From: Trichomonas gallinae
Taxonomy: Eukaryota
Length of the DNA stretch: 48,988 nucleotides
Assembly: GCA_008369845.1 (NCBI GenBank)
Contig: MRSU01009678.1
Span: 1 to 48,988 of the forward strand
Reading direction: 5' to 3'
Position numbers and translations under genes: made by a program. Shown here piece after piece: positions 1-9,678 of this stretch; the first letter of the stretch is position 1, and every line of letters starts with the position of its first letter. The notes beneath the pieces are model-generated. The model worked only from the letters and a program-made list of their open reading frames with translations. It was not told where the DNA came from and did not search any database.

Positions 1-1105
1 AGTACTTGTCATTGATTGTGTTGAGGATGGCGAGGCGTGGTATCTGGTTTACGAGGAGGTCCTTAACGATGACATTTGATTTGAGACCGTTCCCATCTTC
101 AACCCAGATTTCCAATGTATTCTTACTGATATTAGGTCCGAGTTTAATTTGGAATTGCTGTTTTACTGGATTCTGATCAATTTCGAATTCTGTCTTATTG
201 ACAATTTCAATTTGATTGTTTGCGTTAGGGAATTTATATCTGAGTTTAAGCTTGTCTTTAAACTGATTGTTATTTTTAACAGTGATCTCAACGTCAACGA
301 CTGAATTTGGAAGATTGTTAGTTGGAAGTTCTTTGTTAAGTTTAATAAGAGCAGGATACTTAATTTGTTGGGAATAACCAATGAGGAAACCAAATGAAAG
401 TTCCTGGTTTGGATATATATCAGTGTCATTCCAGCCGAAAACAAATACAGAATCGTTTTTCTCAATAATTCCGTATTCTGTTTTTACTTTCAAGAAATTA
501 TATTGGTCTACAAATCGCGGATAATATTCGGTAAAATCACCGTACCAAAATGTATCAACGTTGCGAACTCCATAGCCATCACGAACGATAAGCGCTAATG
601 AAAGATTCGATGGATCTTTACCGAATCTTGGATCTACACGATCACTTTTCATCCATAGACCTCGAACAACGCCATCAGTCTTTATAGGGTAAAGGGTTGC
701 ATAATCATCTTGAGCAAGTTGGATATCGCAGTATGTGCCGATTTTAATTGTGTGGGGTGCATTGTCTGTGTTGCGAGCAATATATTCAACAAGAACATAA
801 TCTGGACCTATAGGCTGAGTTAGTTTTGTGGTAAAGTTAACGTTCTTAACAGTTCTTTTACCACCATCTACACCGAGAACCATTTCCAAGTTGCTATTAT
901 CAACTGATACATACGTGTAGTAGCCATTGTCTCTATATGAGGTTCTGTTTTTAAATGGTGGGTTATAGTATCTGATATCAAAATTGGCAAATGGATAGGG
1001 GTCAAAATTTAGGAATCCTGTGAGGTTTTCAGCCCATCGATATGAGAATTTTGATCCTTGAACAGTATCATTAAAATAAAAGAAGGAAATCAAAGAACAC
1101 AACAT
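1..1105 (-). CDS. Partial (3'-truncated by window edge) secreted/surface protein resembling trichomonad Bap-like beta-rich surface proteins
   Basis: Not in the ORF track because it has no stop in the window. Manual translation from the ATG at 1105 stays open for 368 codons to base 1: MLCSLISFFYFNDTVQGSKF...NFDIRYY...SYRDNGYYTY...YCDIQLAQDDYATL...VDTFWYG...DSVFVFGWNDTDIYPNQ...LEIWVEDGNGLKSN. It has a short hydrophobic leader and an Inr-like TCATCATTTTTA directly before the ATG. The family call is from recall of motifs only. Confidence 0.75.
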   Translation of the reverse strand, partial: MLCSLISFFYFNDTVQGSKFSYRWAENLTGFLNFDPYPFANFDIRYYNPPFKNRTSYRDNGYYTYVSVDNSNLEMVLGVDGGKRTVKNVNFTTKLTQPIGPDYVLVEYIARNTDNAPHTIKIGTYCDIQLAQDDYATLYPIKTDGVVRGLWMKSDRVDPRFGKDPSNLSLALIVRDGYGVRNVDTFWYGDFTEYYPRFVDQYNFLKVKTEYGIIEKNDSVFVFGWNDTDIYPNQELSFGFLIGYSQQIKYPALIKLNKELPTNNLPNSVVDVEITVKNNNQFKDKLKLRYKFPNANNQIEIVNKTEFEIDQNPVKQQFQIKLGPNISKNTLEIWVEDGNGLKSNVIVKDLLVNQIPRLAILNTINDKY

Positions 1106-2355
1106 TAAAAATGATGAGATTTTGAATTGAGAAAAGTTTAAGAGAAAAAATCGGTTGTTGTTTTCAATGCAACCTATGTAATTTTAACATATGCATATAG
1201 AGTATCAAAATAGAAATAAAACGGTTCAACGTAAGAAAATACAATTTGCTGAATTTTAATCTATGCAATAAGTTAAACAAAGTGCCAAAAGTCATATCTA
1301 AGAATTAATTGAAAAGTTAATCGATTGTGATGAATGAATTATTATTATTCTTTTGAATTGATATATTTGTTCTTGTAAAAATAAGTTTATAATGATGAAT
1401 ATAATATTTAAAAGATAAGATGAAAATATAAATTTTGACATGAACTATATGAAATATTTTCGAAATAATCTGGTAATGATTGTGATATGATTTTCGAAAA
1501 AGAAAAATCAAAACGTATCAAAATAATACGTTTACAAAAAAAATTATATATAGAATTTATGATGACATTTTCAGATATAGTTATAGAATCCATTGTATTG
1601 CGCATATATTATCCCCAAATCATTTTATCTATTTTCAATTGATATTTTTTTTTTCAAATATTCGAAATTATTACTCATACGTATTAATCGTGAGAAATAA
1701 ATTTTCTTCCGCTAAAAATCATGTACATTCAATTTCACATTTGAAAAGTTTTCGGTATTTTATTCAATCTCAAAAAATGTTCAATCAATAGTAATTACAT
1801 CATCTATCTATATTTAAACTCATAAAATATTTGAATGATTGTAATATTTCAAAATAGGCAAAGTTTTTATATTAGAGGAATTACGAATAAATAAGGCAAT
1901 TATTTAACTTTTTCCAATTTGCTATATAAAATATATTCTCTTTCAAATTTTAGCTTTTTTTTTTTTGATTAATAAGATATTATGAACCGTTCGAAATCTA
2001 TTAATTCAACAAATCCTGGTTCTTCATGTTTTGAAATTCATTGTTGGATCATTTTAACTTAACCGCACAGATGCATCTATAACCTCTTAATGCTCTTTGA
2101 TATAATTATCAGGACTCAAATAAAGCCTTCGTTATTTTTCCAAACAAAAAATCCGACCCATTTCAATGTGGAATTTAAACCTTGGATTTAAGTTATGCAT
2201 AGTAATAGTAACCTTTTAATGATAATATAAACATAAAAACAAAAATATTTAAAAATTGATTATTATTCATGAAATTCCAGGGTCTTCCCCTTACTTTTCC
2301 CTATTATGGAAATCTCAATACTGACCTAAGCCATTTCCTTAATTGAAATAAGAAT

Positions 2356-2462
2356 AATGGACATGTATCGCTATTCGCTTTATGAGCCTTAGCCATTTTG
2401 GCCGATTGCCGAAATTCGAGGGGGCTAGCCCGCAACCGGAGACAATAGGACTAAAGTCCAAT
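2356..2462 (-). other. GC-rich, potentially structured non-coding element directly after the DHHC stop codon
   Basis: Nested complementary segments on the minus strand: UGGAC/GUCCA, CUAUU/AAUAG and CCGGUUGC/GCAAUCGG. Identity unknown. Confidence 0.35.
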
Positions 2463-2467
2463 ATATA

Positions 2468-3631
2468 TTATTTTCTACTGATATGATCAAATGCGTCTAT
2501 AGTGTCTTCAATAAGGTCATCATCTCCAAAATCCAATATTCTAATTTTTCTAACTTTTTTCCCTTTCTTTGGAGAGTTTGTTATAACATCTTGTATCTTC
2601 TCATCAATAGTCTTTGGTTCATGGGCAAATTCAGCTTTGTGACGGGGTCTTGGCTTTGCATAATCGAATTTCTCTTCATCCTCGTCGTTTCGACGCCAGA
2701 ATATTCCAGAAAAAAGATAAGGAAGACAAAAGCAAGGAAACATGTATAGACAACAGCAATAACAAGGGCCCATGACTTCTGAACAATTATTGCAGCATCC
2801 TGTATTGTAGGGATTTTCATAATCTTCGGACTCGTCTTCGTTGCTTTGCTTCAGTTCTTGAAGAGTTGTAGTATTTCTGCAAACAAAATTAAGATGTCTC
2901 ATAAATATTATTAAAAAGAAGAAGAAAAATGGAACGTCTGGCATAGCGCATATAAATGCTCCAATAGTAGATGCGCGAGTTTTCCAACCATTTTTCACAA
3001 TATCATAAATCTGATATGCAATCACAACAAAAAAACATACAAAAAGTGAAAAATTCCAGAATAAAAATTGTATAAAATGCCTGTAATTCTTAAGCCCAAG
3101 CCAATTTGCAATCCATGGGCAAATATGATCTGCACGTAATACGATTCTTCGAGCTTTTTTCGAAAGTGTTGATCTTTCTGGTCGAGAGTTCTTTATTGCA
3201 AAGTTGTACTGATTATCGTTCGTAATAATACCGTCCATTTGTTCTTCAAACGTGTATTCTGTTCCTTTTTCAACGGACCAGTACCATGGAAGATAGCCGG
3301 GAGATTTGCACATAGCAAGAAAGAATGCGTAGAGCCAAAAAAAGAAGAATATACTGAAGAGAGTAAGAAAAATGATTAGCTTCTTCTCTTTAAACAAGTC
3401 GCAAATGGACCAAATACCAAATAAAAATGATACGCATACGAGAAATAGTACTGTAAGTGGATATCCGCAGTGACATTCCCATTGATTGCAAAAATACTGT
3501 TCTATTATGGGAAAATATATGAGACGAAAGCCGCAACAACTGCATTTTTCTTCCCATTTACTAAATTGAGGCACTAATTGCTCTTTTCCATCAACTTTAA
3601 TCCATCTGGATTCAAAATCTCGTGCACTCAT
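2468..3631 (-). CDS. DHHC-family palmitoyltransferase-like membrane protein (variant DHIC motif)
   Basis: Four hydrophobic segments, SPGYLP (DPG equivalent), RADHICPWIANWLGLKNYRHF, TTLQE (TTxE), and NPYNTG..NN...VMG (PaCCT-like). First true ATG (MSARDF) is at 3631; 387 aa. Confidence 0.88.
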   Translation of the reverse strand: MSARDFESRWIKVDGKEQLVPQFSKWEEKCSCCGFRLIYFPIIEQYFCNQWECHCGYPLTVLFLVCVSFLFGIWSICDLFKEKKLIIFLTLFSIFFFFWLYAFFLAMCKSPGYLPWYWSVEKGTEYTFEEQMDGIITNDNQYNFAIKNSRPERSTLSKKARRIVLRADHICPWIANWLGLKNYRHFIQFLFWNFSLFVCFFVVIAYQIYDIVKNGWKTRASTIGAFICAMPDVPFFFFFLIIFMRHLNFVCRNTTTLQELKQSNEDESEDYENPYNTGCCNNCSEVMGPCYCCCLYMFPCFCLPYLFSGIFWRRNDEDEEKFDYAKPRPRHKAEFAHEPKTIDEKIQDVITNSPKKGKKVRKIRILDFGDDDLIEDTIDAFDHISRK

Positions 3632-3847
3632 TTTAAATTTTGGCGACTTTTGAATTCTACTTATATAGATCAATACAGGAGTCCATAATTATTGCAAATA
3701 TAAATGGATTCGATTCTAAACGAACATTTGACATTTTTTTGCCATTTGTCAAAAGTTTAATAAGGGGTTAAAAATATAAAAGAGTGGTTTGTAAACTATT
3801 GAATCTAGTTCCTCGGGGAACCACGGTTTTTTTTTTTATATTGTTGG

Positions 3848-6800
3848 ATGACTGGGATTGCTAATAATCTCAAAATCCAACAAAAAGATATTTTTGAGAA
3901 TTACAGACCCATACTCAAGAATGGGTTCGTATATTCTTTTCGTGAAAAACCTCTTGAAACTCCAAAAGATTTAAATACTTTGCTAGAAAAGGCAAAAACG
4001 AAGAATGCCGAAGCAAACAACAAGAAAAAGGAAAAGAAATATGAAACATCGAATAATTATCAACAAAATTACAATCAAAATTTTAATAATCCTCAAATTC
4101 AAAATAAGCCTCCACCTCCACCACCACAATATATAGGAAGTAGAACAAATACAAATAACACAAATATTTCTCAGTATAAACCGGTAGACAATTCATTCGA
4201 TTCTGATATTGATGAAATCGAAGAACCAGAAACACAATCAGTTTACAAACCACCGCAGTCATTAATAAGAAATCATTCACCATATCAACAATCAAAAAAT
4301 TCTCCACAATTAGAGCAAACAACATTCCTTTCGGAATCAGACGACGATATACCACCAAATATAGAGCACCTAGAATCACTAAATTCATCAAACAATTATT
4401 TAATGCCAATTTTACAAGATTTAAACCAACAATTAGAAAAACTTAATAATCAAATATTCGAAAATCTGAATAATTCAACAACATCAAACAACGATATACT
4501 TGCACAATTAAGAAACCAAAGACGAGGAATTTACGATCAAATCGAGAAAGTTGAAGAACAAATACAGATGCAAATAAAACCTTCAACAAATAAGCAGCCA
4601 CAAACGCCTAAAGTAATACTTCCAACAAATCAGCAATACATTGATACGCCATTTCAGTCTTCAAAATCTTATCAACTAGATTCACCACCGGAATCATCAA
4701 AAACGCCAATTATTGTGCCAGATTCACCAATAATATCAAGAGTTAATTCTAACCCAATCGTTGTTCCAGACCCATCAACTATATCAAGAATGAATTCAAA
4801 TCCGATTGTTATCCCAGGTTCGCCCACAATAGTGAGACAAAGCGACAGTCGTTCAGCTGATGAAGACACAGATATGATATACATAAGTTCAGACGATGAC
4901 GAAGATGATGGAGATGTCATGTTCATGGAAAAAGAAAACGACACAGTTGAAATCAACCCTGCATTAGAAACACAGATGAAAGAAGTCAATCGCAAAGTTT
5001 TCAAACATAAAGATTTCAGAGGCAAGCAGCACGATGCCATCGGTGCTGCATTGAATCGCGAAGATGTTTTCGTTCTGATGCCCACTGGTGGAGGAAAAAG
5101 TTTGTGTTATCAGTTGCCAGGCTACATGGAGCCAGGCATTACATTAGTTGTCTCACCTCTTGTTTCCCTCATCCAAGACCAAGTTCGAAGCCTTACAGAA
5201 CTCAAGCTTAAAGCCATGGCGTTTGGAGCAGATACCACACAAGCACAATACAAAGAGATGAGGAGGAACATAAGTAACAATCAGCTGAAATTTTTATTCA
5301 TGACTCCTGAAAAAATCATGGCTGGATCTACACTCACTAATTTCATACAGTCACTATATGATGAAAACAAATTGAACCGTTTTGTTATTGATGAGGCGCA
5401 CTGCGTTAGCCAGTGGGGCCATGACTTCAGACCTGACTACACACAACTCGGCAATTTACGTAACATGTTTCCAAGCATTCCAATCATGGCTCTTACTGCA
5501 ACAGCAACAGATGCTGTACAAAAGGACATCAAAGAGCAGCTGAACATTCCTAACTGCAGAATATTCAAGTCGTCGTTCAACAGGCCGAATATTATCTACG
5601 AAGTTATCAAAAAAGATGCAGGCTGCAGAGAAACAATGGTCACTTGGATCAAAGATCATGGATATGAAAACTCCACGGGCATCATCTTTTGCATGTCTAC
5701 TGCCGATACTGAGAATTTATCACAGTACATGAACGAGAAAGGATTTTCATGTGCATTCTATCACGGTAAAATGAACTCATCTGACAGGAAGCGTGTGCAG
5801 CAGCAGTGGACGATGGGAAATATCAAAGTCATCACAGCAACTCTTGCATTTGGTATGGGCATTGACAAGCCTGATGTTAGATATGTCATACACATGACAA
5901 TGCCGAAGAGTTTAGAAGAATACTACCAAGAAAGTGGTAGAGCGGGAAGAGATGGTCATATAAGTCACGCACTTCTTCTATTCATGATATCAGATAAAGC
6001 GAAAGTTCATAGGATGATTACGATGGCTGACAATAATGGTGAAATGAAGTCAAAGGAAAGAATTGAAGTTGAAGACCAGTTATTAGGCCATATGGCAGAG
6101 TATGGCCTCGACAAGATGAATTGCAGAAGAGTTTTACTTCTCAGATACTTCGGCGAATTCTTCGATCCACAAAATTGCCATCAAACATGTGATAACTGTA
6201 AAAGGAGAACAGAGTCAGCAGAAAAAGTAGTTACAGATCTAACAAATCATATGAGGAATATTGCTAGGATCGTACACGCAATACACATGAAGAGGAAGAG
6301 AGCTCCATTCGCTACGGGAAACCACATCGCCGATGTCTACACTGGTTCAAAGAGCTCAAAAATTGTTAACTCGAAAGACAACTTGCTCGAAGAATACGCG
6401 CTTGGTGCAGAACTTAAAGGCACAAAGAAGACTTATATACATCAATGCTTACAAGAACTTTTGACGCGTAAAATCATTAAACTCACAAGTAGATCATCCA
6501 AGTATGGTGTCATTGAGTATTATGTACCAGGAGAAAACTATTCACACGGACTTGGTCAAGACATGAAGCCTTTCATGCTATCTGAGTATGTTGAGCATGA
6601 AGATGATGGATTGACACCAGATGAGAAACAGTTATACCTGAAATTAAAGGCTGCAAGAAATAAAATCTGTCAAGATGATGCAGATAATTTCTTCCCAGTT
6701 TCTTGCATCAGATCAATTGTAAAGACGAAACCAACAACTGCAGAGGATCTAAGGAAAACTAGAGTTATGACGAAACCAAGATTCGAAAAACTAGGTGACG

Positions 6801-7099
6801 AATTTTTGAAAATTCTCACAAATGGTCGTCTCAGCCTTACTCCAATCCAGCAAAATACAACGATTCCTCGACCACCACCTCCTCCACCTCCACCACACCC
6901 AAAGAAAACAAAGGATAAATCCAGTGGATCACCTAATAAAGGTGGACCAAGTTGGTATTCACCATCAAAACAATCTACTCCTTTTTCAGAGCCAAATGCG
7001 ACAATTCCTACAGGTTTCGATATAAGTCAATTGCAAAATAATCCAATGGTAATGGCGATGTTGGGACAACTCGCGAATATGATTCAAGGAGGAAGATAG
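3848..7099 (+). CDS. recQ: RecQ-family DNA helicase, BLM/Sgs1-like architecture
   Basis: MPTGGGKSLCYQLP (motif I), IDEAHCVSQWGHDFR (motif II plus aromatic loop), ALTATA, AFGMGIDKPDVR, YYQESGRAGRDG, RQC zinc site CRR...C..TCDNC, a putative HRDC region and a long low-complexity N-terminus. Confidence 0.97.
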   Translation: MTGIANNLKIQQKDIFENYRPILKNGFVYSFREKPLETPKDLNTLLEKAKTKNAEANNKKKEKKYETSNNYQQNYNQNFNNPQIQNKPPPPPPQYIGSRTNTNNTNISQYKPVDNSFDSDIDEIEEPETQSVYKPPQSLIRNHSPYQQSKNSPQLEQTTFLSESDDDIPPNIEHLESLNSSNNYLMPILQDLNQQLEKLNNQIFENLNNSTTSNNDILAQLRNQRRGIYDQIEKVEEQIQMQIKPSTNKQPQTPKVILPTNQQYIDTPFQSSKSYQLDSPPESSKTPIIVPDSPIISRVNSNPIVVPDPSTISRMNSNPIVIPGSPTIVRQSDSRSADEDTDMIYISSDDDEDDGDVMFMEKENDTVEINPALETQMKEVNRKVFKHKDFRGKQHDAIGAALNREDVFVLMPTGGGKSLCYQLPGYMEPGITLVVSPLVSLIQDQVRSLTELKLKAMAFGADTTQAQYKEMRRNISNNQLKFLFMTPEKIMAGSTLTNFIQSLYDENKLNRFVIDEAHCVSQWGHDFRPDYTQLGNLRNMFPSIPIMALTATATDAVQKDIKEQLNIPNCRIFKSSFNRPNIIYEVIKKDAGCRETMVTWIKDHGYENSTGIIFCMSTADTENLSQYMNEKGFSCAFYHGKMNSSDRKRVQQQWTMGNIKVITATLAFGMGIDKPDVRYVIHMTMPKSLEEYYQESGRAGRDGHISHALLLFMISDKAKVHRMITMADNNGEMKSKERIEVEDQLLGHMAEYGLDKMNCRRVLLLRYFGEFFDPQNCHQTCDNCKRRTESAEKVVTDLTNHMRNIARIVHAIHMKRKRAPFATGNHIADVYTGSKSSKIVNSKDNLLEEYALGAELKGTKKTYIHQCLQELLTRKIIKLTSRSSKYGVIEYYVPGENYSHGLGQDMKPFMLSEYVEHEDDGLTPDEKQLYLKLKAARNKICQDDADNFFPVSCIRSIVKTKPTTAEDLRKTRVMTKPRFEKLGDEFLKILTNGRLSLTPIQQNTTIPRPPPPPPPPHPKKTKDKSSGSPNKGGPSWYSPSKQSTPFSEPNATIPTGFDISQLQNNPMVMAMLGQLANMIQGGR
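4706..4849 (+). repeat. Three 48-bp (16-aa) tandem repeats inside the RecQ N-terminus
   Basis: PIIVPDSPIISRVNSN / PIVVPDPSTISRMNSN / PIVIPGSPTIVRQSDS, starting at 4706, 4754 and 4802. Confidence 0.9.
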
Positions 7100-7254
7100 A
7101 TCTATTTATGTGAATTAATTTGATTAAATTTTTTGTGTTATATTTTCTAATCAAGACATGGTATTGTTGAATATTCTAAGAAAAAATTAGTTTCAGTTCA
7201 GGATTAATTACATTTTAATATAATTTCGAAAAATAAAATTATTAAATGTCAATG

Positions 7255-7899
7255 TTAGCATTTCTTTGGCTCTATAAGTTCAATATTGGATTCATAATAT
7301 GCTATTAACTCATTCAAGTGCTTTTTCTTCATCACATCATTTTTTAGTATAATTCTCTTGCCGTTTTCAATAACTCCAAAGACTAATTCGTTATTGCTGT
7401 CTCTGAACACACCAATAATTTCAAACAATGTCGGAACTGGCTTAATAAATGATATTTCAGTAAATTCTTCTTGTTTAGGCTGAGATTTAGGCTGAGAACT
7501 AGGTTTCTCTGTTTCCTTTTGCGTTGCTGCTTTATGTGAAGTAGGTTCTTTCTTATTTTCGAATTCTTTAGCGAATTCTTTCCTTCTTTGGTTTTCGGAT
7601 GATTTTGTTGTTTTTGTCTTCTTTGTCTTTTTAGGCTTATCTTCCTTAAAATTGGAGTTTTCGTTTTTATCTGGTGGCGTTGTTCCGATTTTTTCCCAAT
7701 ATTCATCGAGAAGTGCTTGAGATCCTGCTAAGTTTTCCAACGGTTCCCATGTGTTCTCATCTGATGAATATCCTTTCCACTTAATGAAAAATTCATAAGA
7801 TCCATTTCTACGCTGTCTGTGCTTGACAATAGCTTCGACTGTATATTCACCCTCTGGTGTATCAGAGGAGCTAGTGTCATCAAAATTATTCGCCGACAT
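7255..7899 (-). CDS. HP1-like chromodomain protein with a probable C-terminal chromo-shadow domain
   Basis: Chromodomain YTVEAIVKHR..EFFIKWKGYSSDENTWEPLENL with the aromatic cage intact, a Lys-rich hinge, and a C-terminal EIIGVFRDSNNELVF...LIAYYESNI that resembles the chromo-shadow consensus. Confidence 0.85.
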   Translation of the reverse strand: MSANNFDDTSSSDTPEGEYTVEAIVKHRQRRNGSYEFFIKWKGYSSDENTWEPLENLAGSQALLDEYWEKIGTTPPDKNENSNFKEDKPKKTKKTKTTKSSENQRRKEFAKEFENKKEPTSHKAATQKETEKPSSQPKSQPKQEEFTEISFIKPVPTLFEIIGVFRDSNNELVFGVIENGKRIILKNDVMKKKHLNELIAYYESNIELIEPKKC

Positions 7900-8499
7900 T
7901 AACTGAAATTACGTAAATAAATATCTTTAAGGTTAATTTTAATAAACGTCCGTATATAATAAAAGGGTCTGCATTTCTTAAACAAGGGTAAATCAAAATC
8001 ACATATTGTTTATCGATCATATATCTTGAGATTTGGTTCTTTAGAAACCTAAACAAAAGATCCGAAAGAAAGTTCGATAGATGAAGATATTCACATGCTA
8101 ATAAATATTCATCTAAAAATGATTAGATGGTCCGCAAAACGCGAAAGAAAAGAAAAAAATTCGAAAAATAATGTTAAAAATTTTTCACTGAATACTTAAT
8201 AGATGAAAGTAATAGACTGCACTTAAAATATTTTCAAATTTATTTGTCCCAAAAAAGCTATTTTATAGTATCAAATCATATGGTCTTATTACTTTTCATA
8301 TTTGAATCCAAAATAATCGTAATAAAAATGACAAATTAACTTTACATTGGCAAATTTCTGACAATGAATGTATAACAAATTTTATTTGATTTTTGCAATC
8401 ACCGGATGACGAAAACTAAAAAAGAAATAAAAGAGTAGAAATGTATCCCTTACACTGACAGTTTTTTAATCGTCAAACGTTTTTCAAAAATTCGTCAAA

Positions 8500-8859
8500 A
8501 TGGAGTTTCCCAATGATAACAGTGTTTCACAAGCCATTCTCGACCAGGCAAAGGCACAGGCCGAAGAACAGGCAAGAAGTAAGACACAGATTCAAATGCC
8601 AATGGAAATCACTGGAATCGAAACAGAAGGAAATGCACAAACAGAATATTTATTAATTCAGGAATATCTTCAATCAATAGGATTAGTCACAGCACCAGAA
8701 GTTCTTCGTTTTGAGTCTCTTCATCCATCAATTAAAGAGGATCGTAGAACATTGGCTCAGCGCCTGAAATTAAGAAGTTACGATAAGACACCATTACTTG
8801 TTCAGCTTATTGCACAGCGTCTTGAGCAGTTAGAACGCCAAGACAAGGGTGAGCAATAA
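8500..8859 (+). CDS. LisH/FOP-dimer protein, FOR20/FOP-like (centrosome/basal body)
   Basis: LLIQEYLQSIGLVTAPEVLRFES (LisH-like) followed by DRRTLAQRL...PLLVQLI, matching the FOP/FOR20 pattern. Confidence 0.7.
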   Translation: MEFPNDNSVSQAILDQAKAQAEEQARSKTQIQMPMEITGIETEGNAQTEYLLIQEYLQSIGLVTAPEVLRFESLHPSIKEDRRTLAQRLKLRSYDKTPLLVQLIAQRLEQLERQDKGEQ

Positions 8860-9210
8860 ATTTGCATATAATATCGGCTAAAGATTATTCTGTATTACAA
8901 GCCTTTTTTAACCATGCACATCACTCTGGTGTGATTAGAGCCGAGCATGGATTTAAACTCTAATAAACTTTATTATCTAATATAAAATAAATTAACATTC
9001 ATTACATGAAATTCCTTCAATATTATTCGAAGAATCTAACAAGCAAACTGATGCATTCTTGAGACTGTGAAAATAAAATATATCATTATCGTGAATTCAT
9101 TAATTGTCATTAAAAATATATATTATCCATAGATAACTGAGCCTATGTATTTTCTTATTTGGTTATCAAAAATAGCTTCATGTTGATAAAATTATCAAAT
9201 GAAAAGTTAT

Positions 9211-9530
9211 CAACGGCAATCATATAATTTAAGTTTATAGAGAATCATTAGTGATGGAATATTACATGATAATTAAATAAAAATCATTATAAATCATGAT
9301 ATTATTTCTTTATAATACTAATATTATAATCAAGTTCACAGAGAATCAATATTGCATGAATACTATATTAATATTATATAGAAATACTTATAATTCATGA
9401 TTTTATTTGTTTTAAAATATTAACGACAATCATACGTTTTAGGTTCGTGTAAAAGCATTAATGATAGAGTATTATATGAATATCATAGAGAAATCTTTAT
9501 ATTTCATGATTTTATTTTCCTCAAATTTAA
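9211..9530 (+). repeat. Three degenerate ~105-bp tandem repeats (intergenic)
   Basis: AACGRCAATCATA occurs at about 9212 and 9422, AGAGAATCA in copies 1 and 2, and TCATGATWTTATTT at 9294, 9395 and 9504. Confidence 0.7.
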
Positions 9531-9629
9531 ATAATGACTATTTTCCAAAATTTCCTAGTAAAATATGATACATACAATATGATATGCTTATATAAATAAA
9601 AATATTCGAAAAAGAAAATTGAGGGAAAA

Positions 9630-9652
9630 TAACCGCTGAATAATGGCGGTTT
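9630..9652. promoter_or_regulatory. Inverted pair of M3-like (Myb-type, DRCSGYTD) core promoter motifs
   Basis: TAACCGCT-GAATAAT-GGCGGTTT. Both arms fit the trichomonad M3 consensus on opposite strands, 27 bp upstream of the ATG at 9679. Confidence 0.5.
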
Positions 9653-9678
9653 TTTGATGAGTTAGTTTCCGACAGTGA

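Noticed and set aside
163..465. 100-aa minus-strand ORF in the track
   Set aside because: It is an alternative frame inside the real CDS 1..1105 and starts at TTG.
1317..1605. Short AT-rich ORFs (also 10523, 23461, 26864, 33315, 42781)
   Set aside because: Their I/F/K/N/Y-rich composition is typical of random translation of AT-rich intergenic DNA.
2384..2406. U2 snRNA-like 5' stem (UCGGCCAAAAUGGCUAAGGCUCA versus U2 UCGGCCUUUUGGCUAAGAUCA)
   Set aside because: The essential branch-pairing GUGUAGUA and an Sm site do not follow, so it is not called as U2.
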